DNA of 64,000 nucleotides from Acidobacteriota bacterium (GTDB lineage Bacteria; Acidobacteriota; Terriglobia; Acidiferrales; UBA7541): NCBI GenBank assembly GCA_003223295.1, contig QHYM01000103.1, positions 6,581 to 70,580 of the forward strand, read 5' to 3'. Shown piece by piece: positions 61,919 to 64,000 of this stretch (position 1 is its first letter; each line of letters starts with the position of its first letter). The notes under the pieces were generated by a model. It saw only the letters and a program-made list of their open reading frames with translations, ran no database searches and was not told where the DNA came from. The position numbers and the translations under genes were made by a program.

Positions 61919-63982
61919 ATGCCGCAGACTTTCCATCTTGCCCTTCTCATTCACGCGCACCAGCCCTGCGGCAATTTCGAGCACGTTCTCGAAAAGTCCT
62001 ACGACAATTCGTATCTTCCTTTCTTGCAGCATCTGGAAGAACATCCCCGCGTTCATCTCGGCCTTCATTATTCCGGCCCTCTGCTCACCTGGATCGAGCA
62101 GCACCGCCCCGAATATTTCGCCCGCCTGAAAAAATTGGTCCAGAGCGGGCAGGTCGAGCTCATCGGCGGCGGCTTCTACGAACCCATCCTCGTCTCCATT
62201 CCGCCGGAAGACCAATTCGAACAAATCACCCGCCTTGCCTGCTATCTCGAAACGCATTTTGGAGCGCGTCCCTCCGGAGCCTGGCTTGCTGAGCGCGTCT
62301 GGGAGCCTCAGCTTCCCAGCGTTCTTGCCGCCGCCAACGTCGCCTACACGCTTGTGGACGACATGCACTTTCTCGCCGCCGGATTCGAGCCCGAGGAACT
62401 CTTCGGCGCCTACATCGCCGAAGACCGCGGCAAAAGCGTGTGGCTCTATCCGGGCCAGAAGGCGCTGCGTTATCTCGTCCCCTTCGGCAAAGTCGAAGAC
62501 GTCATCACCTATTTGCGCGACGCCGCCAGCGTGCATCCCGGCGGAGTCGCCGCCATGGGCGACGACATGGAAAAATTCGGTGTCTGGCCCGGCACCCACG
62601 ACCACTGTTACAAGGACGGTTGGCTCTCCGATTTTTTTGCCGCGCTCGAAAGAAATTCCAGTTGGCTCAACGTCTGCACGCCCAGCGAATATCTCGCATC
62701 GCATTCCCCCCTGGGACGCGCCGATCTTCCCACCGCTTCTTACACCGAGATGATGGAGTGGGTGTTCCCCACGCGCGTGCGCCAGCGCTATCACGCCGTG
62801 CTCCAGGAATTCACGTCGCGCCCCGAAGTTCTAGCCTTCCTCCGCGGCGGCTCCTGGCGCGGCTTTTTCCGCAAGTATCCCGAGTCCAATCTGCTTCATA
62901 AAAAAATGCTGCGCGTTTCCGCGCGCATCGCTGCCGCTGCCGCCAGCGCGTGCCCCGACCGCGAAAAGCAAGCCGCGCAGCTCTCCGAAGCCCGCGACCT
63001 CCTCTTACGCGCGCAATGCAACGACGCTTATTGGCACGGCATCTTCGGCGGCATCTACGCCCCGCATCTTCGCACCGATCCCGCGCGCAATCTCATCCGC
63101 GCGGAAGCCATCGCCGACCGCCTCACCCCCGGCGCGCTCGCTCCCCGGCTCGAGATGCTCGACTACGACGCCGACGGCGCGAACGAATTGCTCTTCACCT
63201 CTCCCGAATTCCAGGCGCTCCTCAAGCCCGGCGACGGCGGGGCCATCACCGCGCTCGATTTTCGTCCGGCGGCCACCACGCTCGTCAATTCCATCCTTCG
63301 CCGCCCGGAGGCTTACCACGCGCGCTTGCGCGAAGCTGCTGGAGCCACTGCCACCGGCGCGGTCTCCATTCACGAACAAACGCGCGTCAAGGAGCCCGGC
63401 CTCGAGCGCTTTCTTCGCTATGACCGCTGGCCGCGCCACGCCTTCCGCATTTTGATTTTTGATCCTTCACGCACGCAGGCCGACTTCGAAACGCTCGAGC
63501 TCCGCGAAGACGCCGGTTTTGCCGGAGGCGCCTTCAGCGTCAAGAATTCCTCGGCCCTTACTGCCGAGCTTTTCCGCGCGGACACGCTCCTGCTCCACGG
63601 CAAAGCGGAAGGCTCGGCGCAAAAACTCCTCCTCTTCAAGCATTTTTCCTTCAATCCGTCGCCCAACGGTTTTGAAGTCGCCTGCGAAATCCAGCTCAAA
63701 CTCAAAGAGCCGCTCGAAAAGCCCGTCGCCGTCGGTATCGAATCCATCATCAATCTTCTTGCGCCCGCCGAGCCGGACCGTTTCTTCGAGCGCGTGCGCG
63801 TCGCTTTGCACGCGCCCCTGTCCGAAGGATTCTGGGTCGCCCCCATCGAAACCGTCTCCGAATCCGAAGAAGGTTTTGAGCGTGTCTACCAAGGCTCGCA
63901 AATTCTTGCCGTCTGGCGCCCCCCGCTCACCGCGCAGAAAGCCTGGTCCGCCCGCCTCGTCTGGCGCCTCGAATCCTTCTAG
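61919..63982 (+). CDS. glycoside hydrolase family 57 protein (alpha-amylase/4-alpha-glucanotransferase-like with DUF1925/1926-type C-terminus)
   Basis: FHLALLIHAHQPCGNF...LHYSGPLLTWIE...LIGGGFYEPIL...AWLAERVWEP...GDDMEKFG are GH57 conserved regions. ATG at 61919 was chosen over the upstream alternative start. Confidence 0.88.
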   Translation: MPQTFHLALLIHAHQPCGNFEHVLEKSYDNSYLPFLQHLEEHPRVHLGLHYSGPLLTWIEQHRPEYFARLKKLVQSGQVELIGGGFYEPILVSIPPEDQFEQITRLACYLETHFGARPSGAWLAERVWEPQLPSVLAAANVAYTLVDDMHFLAAGFEPEELFGAYIAEDRGKSVWLYPGQKALRYLVPFGKVEDVITYLRDAASVHPGGVAAMGDDMEKFGVWPGTHDHCYKDGWLSDFFAALERNSSWLNVCTPSEYLASHSPLGRADLPTASYTEMMEWVFPTRVRQRYHAVLQEFTSRPEVLAFLRGGSWRGFFRKYPESNLLHKKMLRVSARIAAAAASACPDREKQAAQLSEARDLLLRAQCNDAYWHGIFGGIYAPHLRTDPARNLIRAEAIADRLTPGALAPRLEMLDYDADGANELLFTSPEFQALLKPGDGGAITALDFRPAATTLVNSILRRPEAYHARLREAAGATATGAVSIHEQTRVKEPGLERFLRYDRWPRHAFRILIFDPSRTQADFETLELREDAGFAGGAFSVKNSSALTAELFRADTLLLHGKAEGSAQKLLLFKHFSFNPSPNGFEVACEIQLKLKEPLEKPVAVGIESIINLLAPAEPDRFFERVRVALHAPLSEGFWVAPIETVSESEEGFERVYQGSQILAVWRPPLTAQKAWSARLVWRLESF

Positions 63983-64000
63983 CACTCAGTTCTTGTAGAC

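Noticed and set aside
1-64000. CRISPR arrays, rRNA genes, prophage or integron structures, and retron or DGR-like elements.
   Set aside because: By eye I found none of the following:
- regularly spaced direct repeats;
- rRNA-like conserved blocks;
- integrase or reverse-transcriptase ORFs, or phage structural ORFs.

A computational repeat or Rfam scan would be needed to exclude small elements.

Overview
This is a high-GC bacterial chromosomal segment. The gene content (exported peptidases, a TPR-secretin, a TonB-C fusion, GH57) looks Acidobacteriota-like, but that is inference only. I call about 57 protein genes, one tRNA-His, and no rRNA or CRISPR array. Most long ORFs antisense to the called genes are GC-driven shadow frames.

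Gene order:
- 1-13.7 kb: peptide, amine and one-carbon metabolism. This covers a class-III aminotransferase fragment, an M28/PA peptidase, a DmpA aminopeptidase, a GcvT-like protein, two tandem CrtI-like flavoproteins, a gutted aminotransferase pseudogene, an EVE protein, an NHL propeller, fhs and an FGE-like protein.
- 14.3-17.8 kb: a TonB-C protein and pruA.
- 17.76-20.27 kb: a 2.5-kb IS1-family transposon with a Fic cargo gene.
- 20.3-29.5 kb: an APC permease, a methyltransferase/GT2/GT-C envelope glycosylation trio, pilT, an S10 carboxypeptidase, a HAD hydrolase and tRNA-His.
- 29.8-33.3 kb: a NarL-type two-component pair and an ECF sigma factor.
- 33.5-40.4 kb: the rimP-nusA-infB-DUF503-rbfA-truB operon.
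- 40.5-44.1 kb: a 1210-aa secretin.
- 44.1-49.6 kb: an FTR1-type iron uptake operon.
- 49.7-64 kb: assorted membrane, redox and housekeeping genes, ending in a GH57 glucan enzyme.

Most unusual observations:
1. The secretin domain is split by an insert of about 590 aa made of seven FG-GAP blades plus two Ig-like domains.
2. The iron operon combines an FTR1-DUF2318 fusion, two FtsX permeases and an ABC ATPase fused to a complete DtxR-like metal sensor. A 21-bp palindrome sits at its 5' end.
3. The IS1-type transposon has perfect 16-bp terminal inverted repeats, an 8-bp target duplication, a class II Fic cargo gene and interlocked divergent promoters.
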